Shown piece after piece: positions 22,258-35,875 of a stretch of DNA of 64,000 bases. The notes beneath the pieces were generated by a model, which did not search any database, was not told where the DNA came from, and worked only from the letters and a program-made list of their open reading frames with translations. The translations under genes were made by a program, and so were the position numbers. The stretch's first letter is position 1. The number at the start of each line of letters is the position of its first letter. Source of the stretch: Nitrosopumilus sp. (GTDB lineage Archaea; Thermoproteota; Nitrososphaeria; Nitrososphaerales; Nitrosopumilaceae); contig OZ250186.1 in the NCBI GenBank assembly GCA_965238275.1, positions 1,216,001-1,280,000 of the forward strand, in the 5' to 3' direction.

Positions 22258-24135
22258 ATGACGGTGCCCAAGGCCGTGCTGCTCTCAGTCTTGGTTGCCG
22301 CGGCGGTATTCTCCGCGCTCGGCCTTGCGGATCAGTTCCAAGTCGGCGGCATTGACGCAGGCAGCATGGTGCCAGGGCACGCCTTTGCACAGGCAACGAC
22401 AGATGAGACGGCACCGAAGTTCTCCTCTGCCGCGCTTGACCGCGGCACCGGCGTGCTGGTGGTAACCTTTGACGAGGTGATAGACGCCGGCAGCATCGAT
22501 CCTGCCAAGTTCCACGTAAGGGCGCAGGACGATTCCACCGGCTACGTCACGCTGTCTATAGCGGAGCTTGACACGGATGCCGATTCTGCAACGGTCGCAT
22601 TCACGCTGAATCTTGCCAACCTCGCGACGGTAAACTTGCTGAGCGTGCCGGAACTTGCGATCGATCCCTCGGTCGTCTCTGACTTGAACGGAAACGGGTT
22701 CGTGGGCACCATTGACGTGACTAGCGCCTCCTACACGGGCAATTTTTCAGTCGGATCCCAGGATGACACCCCCACCGGCATCGCCTTCTCCCCCGACGGA
22801 ACAAAGATGTTCGTGGTCGGAGATGGCCGCGACAGCGTGTTCGGGTACGCGCTGTCCGACCCCTTTGACGTGACCGGCACCATCACCCACACGGGCAGTT
22901 TTTCAGTCGGATCCCAGGATGCCATCCCCACCGGCATCGCGCTCTCCCCCGACGGAACAAAGATGTTCGTGGTCGGAGGCAACAACGACAGCGTGTTCGG
23001 GTACGCGCTGTCCGACCCCTTTGACGTGACCGGCACCATCACCCACACGGGCAGTTTTTCAGTCGGATCCCAGGATGCCATCCCCACCGGCATCGCCTTC
23101 TCCCCGGACGGAACGAAGATGTTCGTGGTCGGAGAAGAACACGGCTCCGTGTACGAGTACGCGCTGTCCGACCCCTTTGACGTGACCGGTAACATTACCC
23201 ACACGGGCAGTTTTTCAGTCGGATCCCAGGATGACACCCCCACCGGCATCGCGCTCTCCCCCGACGGAACAAAGATGTTCGTGGTCGGAGATGGCAACGA
23301 CAGCGTGTTCGGGTACGCGCTGTCCGACCCCTTTGACGTGACCGGCAACATCACCCACACGGGCAGTTTTTCAGTCGGATCCCCCCTTGAATACCCAATA
23401 TCGATAAACGGCCACGGGTACCTGCTGGGAGGCGCCCGGAACACGCTGGAGCCGCAGACGGTGCGCGCAGGCGAGGAGACCACCATCACGTTCACCATAT
23501 ACGACATCTCGCCGATAACGCACTTTACGATGTACATGAACCTGCACGGTTCTGACGACCAATATTCTGACAGCGACACCTACGTCAGGTACGACGCCGG
23601 CAGCGTCCTGACAGCCGACCCGCACGGCCTCATGGAATCATCTGCCGTCACGATCCAGGCCGACGGAGACAGGCAGACGGCCACGTTTACCATCACGTTT
23701 GCAGGCGCCATGGAGCAGACCAACATCGTGGTACGGCTGTGGAACGCCGACCTGTCATTGCTGAACGTGCAGGTGCTGGACGCCTTTGAGGTGGTTGCCA
23801 CGCCCGAGTCGGCAGCTACCACCACCACCACCATCCCCGCCCCTGATGCAATCGTGGATCCTGAGCCCGGCGATGATGCCACGGCCGAATCCGGGGTAGG
23901 CCCCGGATCCGCGGCATCGCCCGGAACCGCGATGGACGTGCTGAAGAGGTGGGCAGGCTTTGCACCCGAGGTTGCCACCGACGCCGAGCTGCTCGAAGCG
24001 CTGGGCTTGGACTATCCGGGGGCCGACATCCCCGGCTGGGTGATGACCGAGCTGGGCCCGCTGGTGGCCAAGGGGCACGTCACGATGAGCGAGTTTATCG
24101 CGGCGCTGGAGTACGTGCTGGGGGAGGACGCGTAG
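22258..24135 (+). CDS. Surface protein 1: leader, four 52-aa beta-propeller-type repeats, shared C-terminal module
   Basis: Hydrophobic leader to GHAFAQ; 156-bp repeats (PTGIAFSPDGTKMFVVG) at 22747-23370; IPGWV...EFIAALEYVL end; start uncertain (22141/22165/22258). Confidence 0.85.
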   Translation: MTVPKAVLLSVLVAAAVFSALGLADQFQVGGIDAGSMVPGHAFAQATTDETAPKFSSAALDRGTGVLVVTFDEVIDAGSIDPAKFHVRAQDDSTGYVTLSIAELDTDADSATVAFTLNLANLATVNLLSVPELAIDPSVVSDLNGNGFVGTIDVTSASYTGNFSVGSQDDTPTGIAFSPDGTKMFVVGDGRDSVFGYALSDPFDVTGTITHTGSFSVGSQDAIPTGIALSPDGTKMFVVGGNNDSVFGYALSDPFDVTGTITHTGSFSVGSQDAIPTGIAFSPDGTKMFVVGEEHGSVYEYALSDPFDVTGNITHTGSFSVGSQDDTPTGIALSPDGTKMFVVGDGNDSVFGYALSDPFDVTGNITHTGSFSVGSPLEYPISINGHGYLLGGARNTLEPQTVRAGEETTITFTIYDISPITHFTMYMNLHGSDDQYSDSDTYVRYDAGSVLTADPHGLMESSAVTIQADGDRQTATFTITFAGAMEQTNIVVRLWNADLSLLNVQVLDAFEVVATPESAATTTTTIPAPDAIVDPEPGDDATAESGVGPGSAASPGTAMDVLKRWAGFAPEVATDAELLEALGLDYPGADIPGWVMTELGPLVAKGHVTMSEFIAALEYVLGEDA

Positions 24136-24444
24136 CCAACAACCTGGTCGGGAGACATGATGATGCTGACAAGACCGCGACTGCCTGCCTGCCTGCAGGG
24201 ACGCGCCGGGCCACTCTTGAAGGAGGAGAGGGGGGGGGGGGTTGGTACCCGACGTGAAACTCGTTGAATTGCACGACGGCCGGGGAATCGTGCCCGGCGG
24301 TGCATGGCGCCGTCATATTTTCAGGCCATGCGGTACATGGCGCCGGATACGTAAAGCTGAGGGCCCACACGCCGGCGCGCACAGCATGCGGCCGGGCTTT
24401 GGCACGACGCCGCGTACGCGGACGGCACCGCGTATCGCCCAAGG

Positions 24445-27400
24445 GTGGGGGCCTTGATAAACGACAACACTCCTCCCGGCAAACCGGATCCGTCAACCCT
24501 TGACGCTTTCGGATCCTCCGTGGCAGGCAATAGGCGGCCTGACGGCGACGGCACCGGACTGTCCGGGAACAGGCGTGGCGGCTCTGCGCCGCCGATCCGG
24601 CGGCAGGCCGCATTGGTGCTGGTAGCCGTGCTGCTCTCAGTCCTGGTTGCCGCGGCGGCATTCTCCGCGCCCGGCCTTGCAGACAGGTCCCAAGTCGGCG
24701 GCATTGGCGCGGGCGCGCCGGCAGGCATGCTGCCTGCGTGGGTGCCAGAACGCGCCTTTGCGCAGACCTCCCAGGATCCGCCGACGTTTGTCTCGGCCAC
24801 GCTTAACAATGGCACCGGCCTGCTGACGGTGATATTTGACAAGACGATAGACGTCGCGCAGATCGATCCCGCAAAGTTCCACGTGAGGGAGGCCGGGACG
24901 CCTGCCCACACAGTTACGCTCTCGACACCGGAGCTTGACACTACTGCGAACTCTTCGACGATCACCTTCACGCTCAACTCCGCCCACCTGGCTGCCGTGA
25001 ACGAGCTGACTACGCCCGAGCTCGTAATAGATTCGGGCGCCGTCACTGACACGAACAGCAACGCGTTCGGGGCCACCTTTGACGTCTCCACGGCCTCGTA
25101 CGAGCGCCAGTTTTCAGTCGGATCCAATGACACCAGCCCCACAGGCCTCGCCTTTGCCCCCGGCGGCATCAAGATGTTCGTCTTGGGAGACGAAAACGAC
25201 AGCGTGTACGAGTACGCGCTGTCCACGGCATTTGACATCTCCACGGCCTCGTACGAGCGCCAGTTTTCAGTCGGATCCAATGACACCAGCCCCACAGGCG
25301 TCGCCTTTGCCCCCAGCGGCATCAAGATGTTCGTCTTGGAAGACCAAACCGACAGCGTGTACGAGTACTCGCTGTCCACGGCATTTGACGTCTCCACGGC
25401 CTCGTACACGGACTTGTTTTCAATCACCGCTACAGTTACCTCCCCAACGGACGTCGCCTTTAACCCCGTCGGAACAAAGATGCTCGTCACGGAAGACCAA
25501 AACAACCGCGTGTACGAGTACGCGCTGTCCACGGCATTTGACGTCTCCACGGCCTCGTACGAGCGCCAGTTTTCAGTCGGATCCAGTGACACCAGCCCCA
25601 CAGGCCTCGCCTTTGCCCCCGCCGGCACCAAGATGTTCGTCTTGGGAGACCAAAACGACAGCGTGTACGAGTACGCGCTGTCCACGGCATTTGACGTCTC
25701 CACGGCCTCGTACGAGCACCAGTTTTCAGTCGGATCCAGTGACACCAGCCCCACAGGCCTCGCCTTTGCCCCCGCCGGCACCAAGATGTTCGTCTTGGGA
25801 GACCAAAACAACCGCGTGTACGAGTACGCGCTGGGCTCCTCCTTTGACCTGACGCTGACCGAGGAGGGCAACCGGAGGCCGACTGCCGATGCAGGAGGCC
25901 CGTACCAGCCCGTAGGCGAGGGGGACACGGTCACGCTGAACGGCACCGGCTCGTCTGATCGCGACACCGGCACCACCCTGATGTACTTGTGGAATCACAC
26001 CGGCAGCCCGGCCGTCACGCTGACCAACCCCACGACCGCGTCCCCGACGTTCACCGCGCCGGAGGTAGAACCGCCAAGCACCACGGTGAGGTTCACCCTT
26101 ACCGTATCTGACGGGAGTCTGAACCACACCGACACGGTCATCATCACGGTCAGAAACGTGGTCAAGGAACCCGTCGCCGACGCCGGCGATGACTTGGAAG
26201 TCGGCGAGAATAGCAGGGTAACCCTGTCGGGTCCTTCTGCAACCGACCCACAAAACGACTTCCTGACGTATCGGTGGACGCAAGCCCCGGCAGATGCGGG
26301 AGTGGTATTCGACAACTCCACTTCGCTGCAGCCGACCATCACCGTGCCTGCCGTGGACGCGGACACCACCATAACCCTCACCCTGACTGCCCGCGACGGC
26401 GGCAGCAATGAGGGGACTGACTCGCTTGCCCTTTTGGTAAGAGAGACGGGCACGGCGTTCATCACCACGTGGCGCACCACCGCTCCAAGCGAGTCCATAA
26501 CCATCCCTGGTACCAGCTCGTACCGCGTCATCTGGGGCGACGGCGCGGCAGACAACGAAACCAACGAGGCGACGCACGAGTACCCTAACGCCGGCACCTA
26601 CCGGGTCGTAATCACCGGCGGCCTTGAGGCGATTCGCCTGCACGACAACGCGGCCAACGCAGCCAAGCTCGCCTCGATAGAACAGTGGGGCAACACCTCC
26701 TGGACCACCATGGAGAACGCATTACGTGGCGCATCCAACATGGTCTACAACGCAGGTGATGCCCCCGACCTGTCCCGAGTCTACAACATGTCCCGCATGT
26801 TCGTCGGCGCCTCCGCCCTCAACGGCAACCTCTCCGGCTGGGACACCTCGAGCGTCACCGACATGAGATCCGTGTTCTACAACGCCACCGCCTTCAACGG
26901 CGACATCTCCGGCTGGACCACGTCGTCTGTCACGACCATGCACGCCATGTTCGCCGGCGCCTCCGCCTTCAACGGCGACATCTCCGGCTGGACCACGTCG
27001 TCTGTCACGACCATGCGCGGCATGTTCAACGTCGCCACCGCCTTCAACGGCACCCTCTCCGGCTGGACCACCTCGAACGTCACCGACATGAGCCGCTTGT
27101 TCGACGGCGCCTCCGCCTTCAACGGCGACATCTCCGGCTGGGACGTCAGGCGCGTTACCGACATGGCGCAAATGTTTTTCGGCGCCTCCGCCTTCAACGG
27201 CGACATCTCCGGCTGGACCACGTCGTCTGTCACGACCATGCGCGGCATGTTCCAGAGCGCCTCCGCCTTCAACGGCGACATCTCCGGCTGGACCACCTCG
27301 GACGTCACCGACATGGCCGGCATGTTCCACAGCGCCACCGCCTTCAACGGCAACATCTCCGGCTGGAACGTCTCGTCTGTCACCACCATGCGCGCCATGT

Positions 27401-30400
27401 TCAACGTCGCCACCGCCTTCAACGGCACCCTCTCCGGCTGGACCACCTCGAACGTCACCGACATGGCCGCCATGTTCGCCGTCGCCTCCGCCTTCAATCA
27501 GGATCTCAACGACTGGGACACCTCGTCTGTCACGACCATGAGTGACATGTTCGCCCGCGCCTCCTCCTTCAACCGGGACCTCTCCGACTGGGACGTCAGG
27601 CGCGTTACCGACATGGCGCAAATGTTTTTAGGCGCCTCCGCCTTCAACGGCGACATCTCCGACTGGAACACGTCGTCTGTCACGACCATGCGCAGCATGT
27701 TCCAGAGCGCCACCGCCTTCAACCAAGACCTCGACGACTGGACCACCTCGGACGTCACCAACATGGCCGGCATGTTCAACGCCGCCACCGCCTTCAACGG
27801 CAACATCTCCGACTGGGGCACCTCGAGCGTCACCGACATGGCATTCATGTTCTCAAATGATGATATACACAACGACACCGCCTTCAACCAGAACCTCAAC
27901 GGCTGGGACGTCTCGTCTGTCACCACCATGCGCGCCATGTTTGCCTATACCTCTGCATTCAATCAGGATCTCAACGACTGGGACACCTCGTCTGTCACCG
28001 ACATGGCATACATGTTCGACGTCACCGCCTTCAACGGCGACATCTCCGACTGGGACGTCTCGTCTGTCACCAACATGACATACATGTTCCGGCAAACCGA
28101 GGCCTTCGACCGGAACCTCGGAAAATGGTACACCACGCCTGGCGCCGTCACCGTAAACCCCACTACCCTCCCCGGACAGGTCACCACCCTGTCCGCCCAG
28201 AACGCCATCTTGGACGGACACAGCCCGACCTACGCGATAGGGACCGGCCACGACTCGATCCTCTTTGAGATCACCGGCGGCAACGTCCTGAACATGACTG
28301 AGGCCAATCCCGCCTGCACCCCCTGCACAGTCAACGTGACTGCCACGGGAACCCTCTTTGGGAGCGACAGCAGCTACAGGCTCATCTCGGTGAATCTGGT
28401 CGACGAATCCCACTTCGTCACCATCTGGGAGACGACTGCTGCAGACGAGGAGATAAGATTCATCAGCCACGGCGAGTTCAACGTGGACTGGGGCGACGGC
28501 ACATCAGACAATGACCTCACCGGAGACAGGCAAACACGCACGCACACGTATGACCGCGTCGACACGTACACCGTGACAATGTCAGGCCAACCCGAGCGAA
28601 TCTACTCGACTTCTGCCAACATCCGCTCCATCGAGCAGTGGGGTGACATCGGGTGGACGAGCATGAACTCCATGTTCTATGATGCTGCCAACTTGGTATC
28701 CCGCGCAACCGACGTACCGGACCTCTCGGGCGTGGCATCCACAGCCGATATGTTCGCCGGCGCCTCCTCCTTCAACGGCGACCTCTCCGGCTGGGACGTC
28801 TCGTCTGTCACCGACATGGTCTCCATGTTCGAAGGCGCCTCCGCCTTCAACGGCGACATCTCCGGCTGGAACGTCTCGTCTGTCCGCTACATGGGAAACA
28901 TGTTCGACGGCGCCTCCGTATTCAACCAGACCCTCAACGGCTGGGACACCTCGAGAGTCACCACCATGCTCCGCATGTTCGCCGGCGCCTCCGCCTTCAA
29001 CGGCAACATCTCCGGCTGGGACGTCTCGTCTGTCACCGACATGGTCTCCATGTTCGAAGGCGCCTCCGCCTTCAACGGCGACATCTCCGGGTGGACCCCC
29101 TCGAGCGTCACCCAAATGGGAAGCATGTTCTGGCGCGCCACGGCATTCAACGGCGACATCTCCGGGTGGGACGTCAGACGCGTCACCACCATGCCCAACA
29201 TGTTCTTCGGCGCCACGGCATTCAACGGCGACCTCTCCGGGTGGATCCCCTCGAGAGTCACCACCATGAACGGCATGTTCGCCGGCGCCTCCTCCTTCAA
29301 CGGCGACATCTCCGGCTGGAACGTCTCGTCTGTCCGCTACATGGGAAACATGTTCAACGGCGCCGCCTCCTTTGACCAGCCCCTCAACGGCTGGAACGTC
29401 TCGTCCGTGACTGACATGTCCAGCATGTTTGACGGCGCCGAAATGTTCCATCAGAACCTGGGCAACTGGTACGTCGTGATAGATAACACTACCATCGACC
29501 GATCCGAAATAACGCCGGCAGCCGTCCGCGGCATAGCCGCGCAAAACGGCTTCCTCGGGAACCACAACGCCACGTACGGCATCGGCCCCGGCGGCGACTC
29601 GGACCTCTTTGAAATCTCGGCTGACAACATGCTCCGCATGGTCTCGCAGGGCAGCAGGGACTCATACACGGTCAACATTACCGCCTCGGGCCAACACGTG
29701 TTCGAGGGCGAAAACAACTGGCGCGAGGTAAGTGTGATGCTGATCGGCTCCCACGACCCCGACGCGTTTGTCACCACTTGGAAGACTGGCAGTAACGACG
29801 AGTCCGTAACCATCCCGGGCACCGGGAGCTACATGGTCGACTGGGGCGACGGCACCGCCGGCACCTCCGAAGCGGACGACGCGACCCACACGTACAACGA
29901 CGCCTATACCTACAGGGTCTCGATCACCGGCGACCTTGAGCGAATAGACCTGAGCGGCGACCCGGACAACGCGGACAAGATCGTGTCGATAAACCAGTGG
30001 GGGACGATCTCTTGGACCACGATGGAGGATGCCTTTGCAAATGCCAGAAACATGCAATACAGCGCAACCGACGCCCCGAACCTCTCGGGCGTGGCGTCCA
30101 CAGGCGATATGTTCAACGGCGCCTCCTCCTTCAACGGCGACATCTCCGGGTGGGACGGTCTGTCACCGACATGAACAACATGTTCGGCGCCACGGTCAAC
30201 CGACATGTCACCGACATGAACAACATGTTCAACGGCGCCACGGCATTCAACGGCGACATCTCCGGGTGGGACGTCTCGTCTGTCCTCAACATGAACGGCA
30301 TGTTCAACTACGCCATAGCCTTCAACGGCAACATCTCCGGGTGGGACGCCTCGTCTGTCCTCAACATGGGCCAGATGTTCAGCAGCGCCACGGCATTCAA

Positions 30401-33400
30401 CGGCGACATCTCCGGGTGGACCCCCTCGAGCGTCACCCAAATGGGAAGCATGTTCTGGCGCGCCTCCTCCTTCAACGGCGACATCTCCGGCTGGAACGTC
30501 TCGTCTGTCACCGACATGCCCAACATGTTCTTCGGCGCCACGGCATTCAACGGCGACATCTCCGGGTGGACCCCCTCGAGAGTCACCACCATGAACGGCA
30601 TGTTCGCCGGCGCCTCCGCCTTCAACGGCGACCTCTCCGGCTGGAACGTCTCGTCTGTCACCGACATGGCCTCCATGTTCGAAGGCGCCTCCGCCTTCAA
30701 CGGCGACATCTCCGGGTGGGACACCTCGAAAGTCACCGACATGCACCGCATGTTCAACGGCGCCTCCGCCTTCAACCGGGACCTCTCCGGGTGGGTCGTT
30801 GTAATGGTGGAACGCATGGCTGGAATGTTCGTCGGCGCCACCTCATTCGACCAGAACCTGGGCAACTGGTATGTCGTGCTGCACGGCACGGCAATTAACC
30901 GGTCAGGCGTCCCCGGGTTCGTCGGCAACATATCGGCGCAGAATACTCCACTTGACGGCCACTCTCCCGCGTATCGCATAGGCGAAGGCGGCGACTCACC
31001 CAGATTCACCGTAACTGGCGACAACATGCTCAACATGGCCTCTGTAGATGACAGCACAATGGTGCATACGGTCAACATTACCGCCTCGGGTGCGAACGTA
31101 TTTGAGAACGGAAACAACTGGCGCGAGGTGAACGTGACGGTGACAGACGGCCCGGTCCCGACCATATCGTCTGATGTGGGTCCTGACGGCACCATTACAA
31201 ACGCCGCCCGGATTCCGTTCAGCGTGTCGTTCAACGAGGCCGTGACCGGATTCACCACCTGGAACCCCACCGTGAACGGCACCGCTGGCGTGGACGCAGT
31301 GAGCCCCGTTGTCGGCATCGGCGCGGGCCCGTACACTTTTACCGTCACGCTAGCCTCAAGCGGCACCGTGATTGTCAGCATACCTGCAGGCGTGGCCTTT
31401 GACTCCAACAACGACCCCAATGTCGAGGCCGGCCCGTTCACCATAACATACGACGGCACGGCACCGTTTATCGTGGATCGTGAAATCCCGCAGTCCCCCA
31501 CAAACGCCGCTAGTGCCACGTTTACTGTCACCTTTAGCGAGCCGGTCACGTTCGTGGGAGACATCGTGGTTAGCGGCGGCGGCACGGCCGACCCCCCGCG
31601 TCCGGCGGGTACGGCAGAAGAATCCTTCACCTTTACGGTGGAGCCTGACATTGAAGACACTGACACTGCCCTCACAGTGATAATCCCGGCAGGCGCCGTG
31701 CGGGATGCTGCCGGAAATACCAACGCCGCGCCCGCGTCATCTGCCATCAGGTTTGACCACGTCGCGCCGACAGTGAAATCCCTCTCCACGCTGGTGCCGT
31801 CCCCCACAAACGCCGCTAGTGCCGAGTTTACTGCCAACTTTAGCGAGCCGGTCACGTTCGTGGAAGACATCGTGGTTAGCGGCGGCGGCACGGCCGACCC
31901 CCCGCGTCCGGCGGGTACGGCAGAAGAATACTTCACCTTTACGGTGGAGCCTGGCATTGAAGACACTGACACTGCCCTCACAGTGACAATCCCGGCAGGC
32001 GCCGTGCGGGATGCTGCCGGAAATACCAACGCCGCGCCCACGTCATCTGCCATCAGGTTTGACCACGTCGCGCCGACAGTGACATCCCTCTCCCTGACCG
32101 ATTCGTCCCCAGACGGCTCAAGCGCTACTTTTACTGCCGTCTTTAACGAGCCGGTCACGTTCGTGGGAGACATCGATGTAACCGGCGGCACGGCCGACCC
32201 CCGGCGTCCGGAGGGTAAGACAGAATTATTCACCTTTACGGTAACTCCCACGGGCAGATCCATAGTTACCGTACAGATCCCCCAAGACGCCGTGCAGGAT
32301 GATGTCGGAAACTACAACGACCTGGCATCCGAGGAGGCCACGTTTGACCCGAACGGGTTTCAAACCCGAATCACGACTGAGCCTAAATCCCCCACCACTG
32401 AACGATCCGTGGACTTTACGGTGATCTTTGAGGATGCCCCCGATGACGACAACTATTCCCCCTTCGAAACAGACGATATATTGGTCAATTTCCAACCGCC
32501 CACATCACCCGCATCATTCACAAGCGACCCCGCCCAATCCAACGCCACCACCTACACGTTCGGCCTGGGCGGGCTCAACGGCACCTACAAAGTGGCAGTC
32601 AAAGGCGGCGCCGTGTTCAACGCCGATGGAACCCCCAACGCGGCCGCAAGCGCCGACGTGCTCGTGGACCTCGTGCCCCCCGACATCACGTACTCTGGCA
32701 TGACGACTATCCCGATCGGGAACCCGGTCCCGACGGCCACGTGCACAGACGCACTTGACCCTGACCCCGCCCTGAGTCGCACCGACCCTGACCCTAACCC
32801 CCACCTGGATCCACCCGACCCCAAAACATTTGAAAATGAGGGAGGCTCCGCCGTGACGTACACGTGCACGGATTGGGTCGGCCACTCCTCTACCCTGCAA
32901 GCCCAGTTTACCGTCACAAACGACCCCCCGGAACTCCGTTCGGCACTGCTCAAAAAGGGCTCCATGGAGCTGGTTCTCCGGTTCGACGAATCAGTCACGC
33001 CCCAAGATCCCATTGGAAAAATGTGGGTGCACGACACGGGCAACACTACCCGCGTGGTGGTAATGGGAGACGTTTTACTACGTCAGGGAGAATACCCCCT
33101 CAGCACCGTCACGATAGGCCTTAACGTTGCAACCCTTGACGCCATCGGGGACATGGGCAGGCCCCAGATTGACATTGGGCGGGACGCGTTTGTAGACAAG
33201 TACGGAAAGCAGATGAAGGAGGGCGGCGTCTCAAACCACACGATCAGGTTCCCGTCCTCGGGCGGCGGCGGTGACAGGGATCAGACGCCCCCGGTGATCG
33301 ACCTTGGCACCCTGCGTTCCCTGAACGTGATCCCGCTGCCAGAACGCGTGGAGCAGCTGCTCGAGTCGTACGACCGCAACGTCCCCCTCTCCCCGGTGGC

Positions 33401-35753
33401 AAATCCCGGGCCGTTTGGCTTTCCGCTGACCATTAACGGGGACGCGTACGCGCTAGGATCCCCGCACAGCACGCTGATCCCCAAAAACGTCGCAGCGGGC
33501 CTCCCCGCGACGATCGAGTTTGTCGTCTACGAGGAGTCCTACCTGTCCCACTTTACGCTGTACATGAACCTGCACGGCGGCAACGCGCTGTACCACAAAA
33601 GCGACACCCACGTACGGTACACCGCCGCCGCCGCCGCCGAGACCAGGATCACAGACCCGCACGGGTACATCCAAGACGCGTCCGTGGAAATAACGAAAGA
33701 CTCCTCCCCGATGACAGTCACGATCGTCGCGGAGTTTGCCGAGGCGATGGGAATGACCAACATGGCCGTCCGGACGTGGGATTCCGGGGGGAACGTGGCG
33801 GATCTGCGCGTGCTTGACGCCATTCGGGTAGTGGCCGCAGGAAGCGACGCCCTGGTGGACCCGGAGCCGTGCGGCGAGGACTTCGGCACGGTGGCGGCTG
33901 GCGCGGCAGGATCAGGCGCGCCGTATGTGGATCCCGAGCCGGACGTGGATCAGGAACCTGGGGTGGATCAGGAACCTGGGGTGGACCCCGAGCCGGTCAT
34001 GGATCTGGAGCCTAGGGTGGATCCTGAGCCCTGCGCTGAACCCGAAGCCGCACCCGATCCAGAACCCGAAGCCGCACCCGATCCAGAACCCGAAGCCGCA
34101 CCCGATCCAGAACCCGAAGCCGCACCCGAGTCCGCCATGGATCCGGGATCCGCACCGGACTACTCCGGGCTGTTAGAATCCCTGGGCCACTCCGAGACAG
34201 ACGTTCCGGACTGGGTGCTGGAGCAGCTGGGGCCGCTTGTGGTGCGGGGGCAGATCGGCATGGACGAGTTTGAGGCGGCAGTACAGTTCGTGCTGGGACC
34301 CGCACCTGGACCCGAGGCCGCACCTGGACCCGAGGCCGCACCTGGACCCGAGGCCGCACCTGGACCCGAGGCCGCACCTGGACCCAAGCCCGCGCCGGAA
34401 CCCGTGGTCACACAGGAGCCCGCCATGGATCCGGGATCCGCACCGGACTACTCCGGGCTGCTCGAATCCCTGGGCCACTCCGAGACAGACGTTCCGGACT
34501 GGGTGCTGGAGCAGCTGGGGCCGCTGGTGGCCCATGGGCAGGTCGGCATGGACGAGTTCAAGGCGGCGATACAGTACGTGTTGGGGCACGGGCCGGAGCA
34601 CGGGCCGGTGTACGGGCCGGAACACGCCCCCCCTGAATCCGCGGCAGCCGCGGCCCCTCCACCGGAGACCGGCTCGCCCGGGCAGAACCTGGGAATGTGG
34701 TACGTGGTCCCGGCCGACACCGAGTACGACCTCGGCGAGGCGTCCCTCAACGTCACGACGATATCTGCGCAGAACGCGTTCCTTGACGGGCACGACCCGG
34801 ACTACGGCATCGGCGACGGCGGCGACTCGCGCCTCTTCAACATGACCGGCAGCACCCTGATGTTCAAAGAGGAGCCTGCCTCTAACGGCACCTACGAGGT
34901 CAACGTGACGGCTTCAGGCGGCTACCTCGGCTCCGGCAACCACCGCGTGCTGGCAATAGAGGTCACCGGATTCGACTTGACGTCGTTTGTGACCACGTGG
35001 GAGGTTTCTGTCCCCGGCGGCACCGTGACGATCCCGACAGGCGGCGCCGGCGGCACATACTCTGTGGACTGGGGCGACGGCCTGGCCAGCGAGAACGTCA
35101 CGGGCGACTCAAAGCACGCGTACGGCTCGGCCGGCACGTACACCGTCTACATCTCCGGGAACTTTTCGAGGATACACCTGGGCGACGCGGCGCTTGCAGA
35201 CGCGCAGGCCAACGCGGCAAAGCTGCGATCCGTGGAGCAGTGGGGCGACGCGGAATGGGCCTCGATGGCCGGCGCCTTTGCCGGCGTCTCCAACATGGCA
35301 TACAACGCGCATGACGCGCCCGACCTGTCCGGCGTGGCCGACATGTCCCACATGTTCCACGGCGCCTCCTCGTTTGCAGGCGACCTGTCTGGCTGGGACG
35401 TCTCGGCCGTCCAAGACATGTCCCACATGTTCCACGGCGCCTCCTCGTTTGCAGGCGACCTGTCCGGCTGGGACGTCTCGGGGGTCGATGACATGTCCCA
35501 CATGTTCCACGGCGCCTCCTCGTTTGCAGGCGACCTGTCCGGCTGGGACGTCTCGGGGGTCGATGACATGTCCCACATGTTCCACGACGCCTCCTCGTTT
35601 GCAGGCGACCTGTCCGGCTGGGACGTCTCGGCCGTCCAAGACATGTCCCACATGTTCCACGACGCCTCCTCGTTTGCAGGCGACCTGTCCGGCTGGGACG
35701 TCTCGGGGGTCGATGACATGTCCCGCATGCTGGACGGTACTAGCTATGGGTAA
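24445..35753 (+). CDS. Surface protein 2 (about 3,750 aa if joined; frameshift at about 30157-30215): propeller repeats, PKD/Ig domains, four DUF285/BspA blocks, internal anchor-like module
   Basis: ORFs 24445..30174 and 29997..35753 continue the same 25-aa repeat ([18 protein letters not shown]); leader ends RAFAQ; start codon uncertain. Confidence 0.82.
34038..34390. repeat. Pro/Glu linker minisatellites: 24-bp (PEPEAAPD) x4 and 18-bp (PGPEAA) x about 5
   Basis: Directly visible tandem repeats either side of the first anchor-like domain. Confidence 0.9.
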
Positions 35754-35875
35754 AACACGATGCTTGACGGTGACTCCTCCCTTGATTGCAACCCTGGCAG
35801 CTGGCGTGTTGTGCAGGATCATGGGCAAAAAGGCACCCGGCATGATGGGAACGATGGGGGGGGGGAGATGACAAG

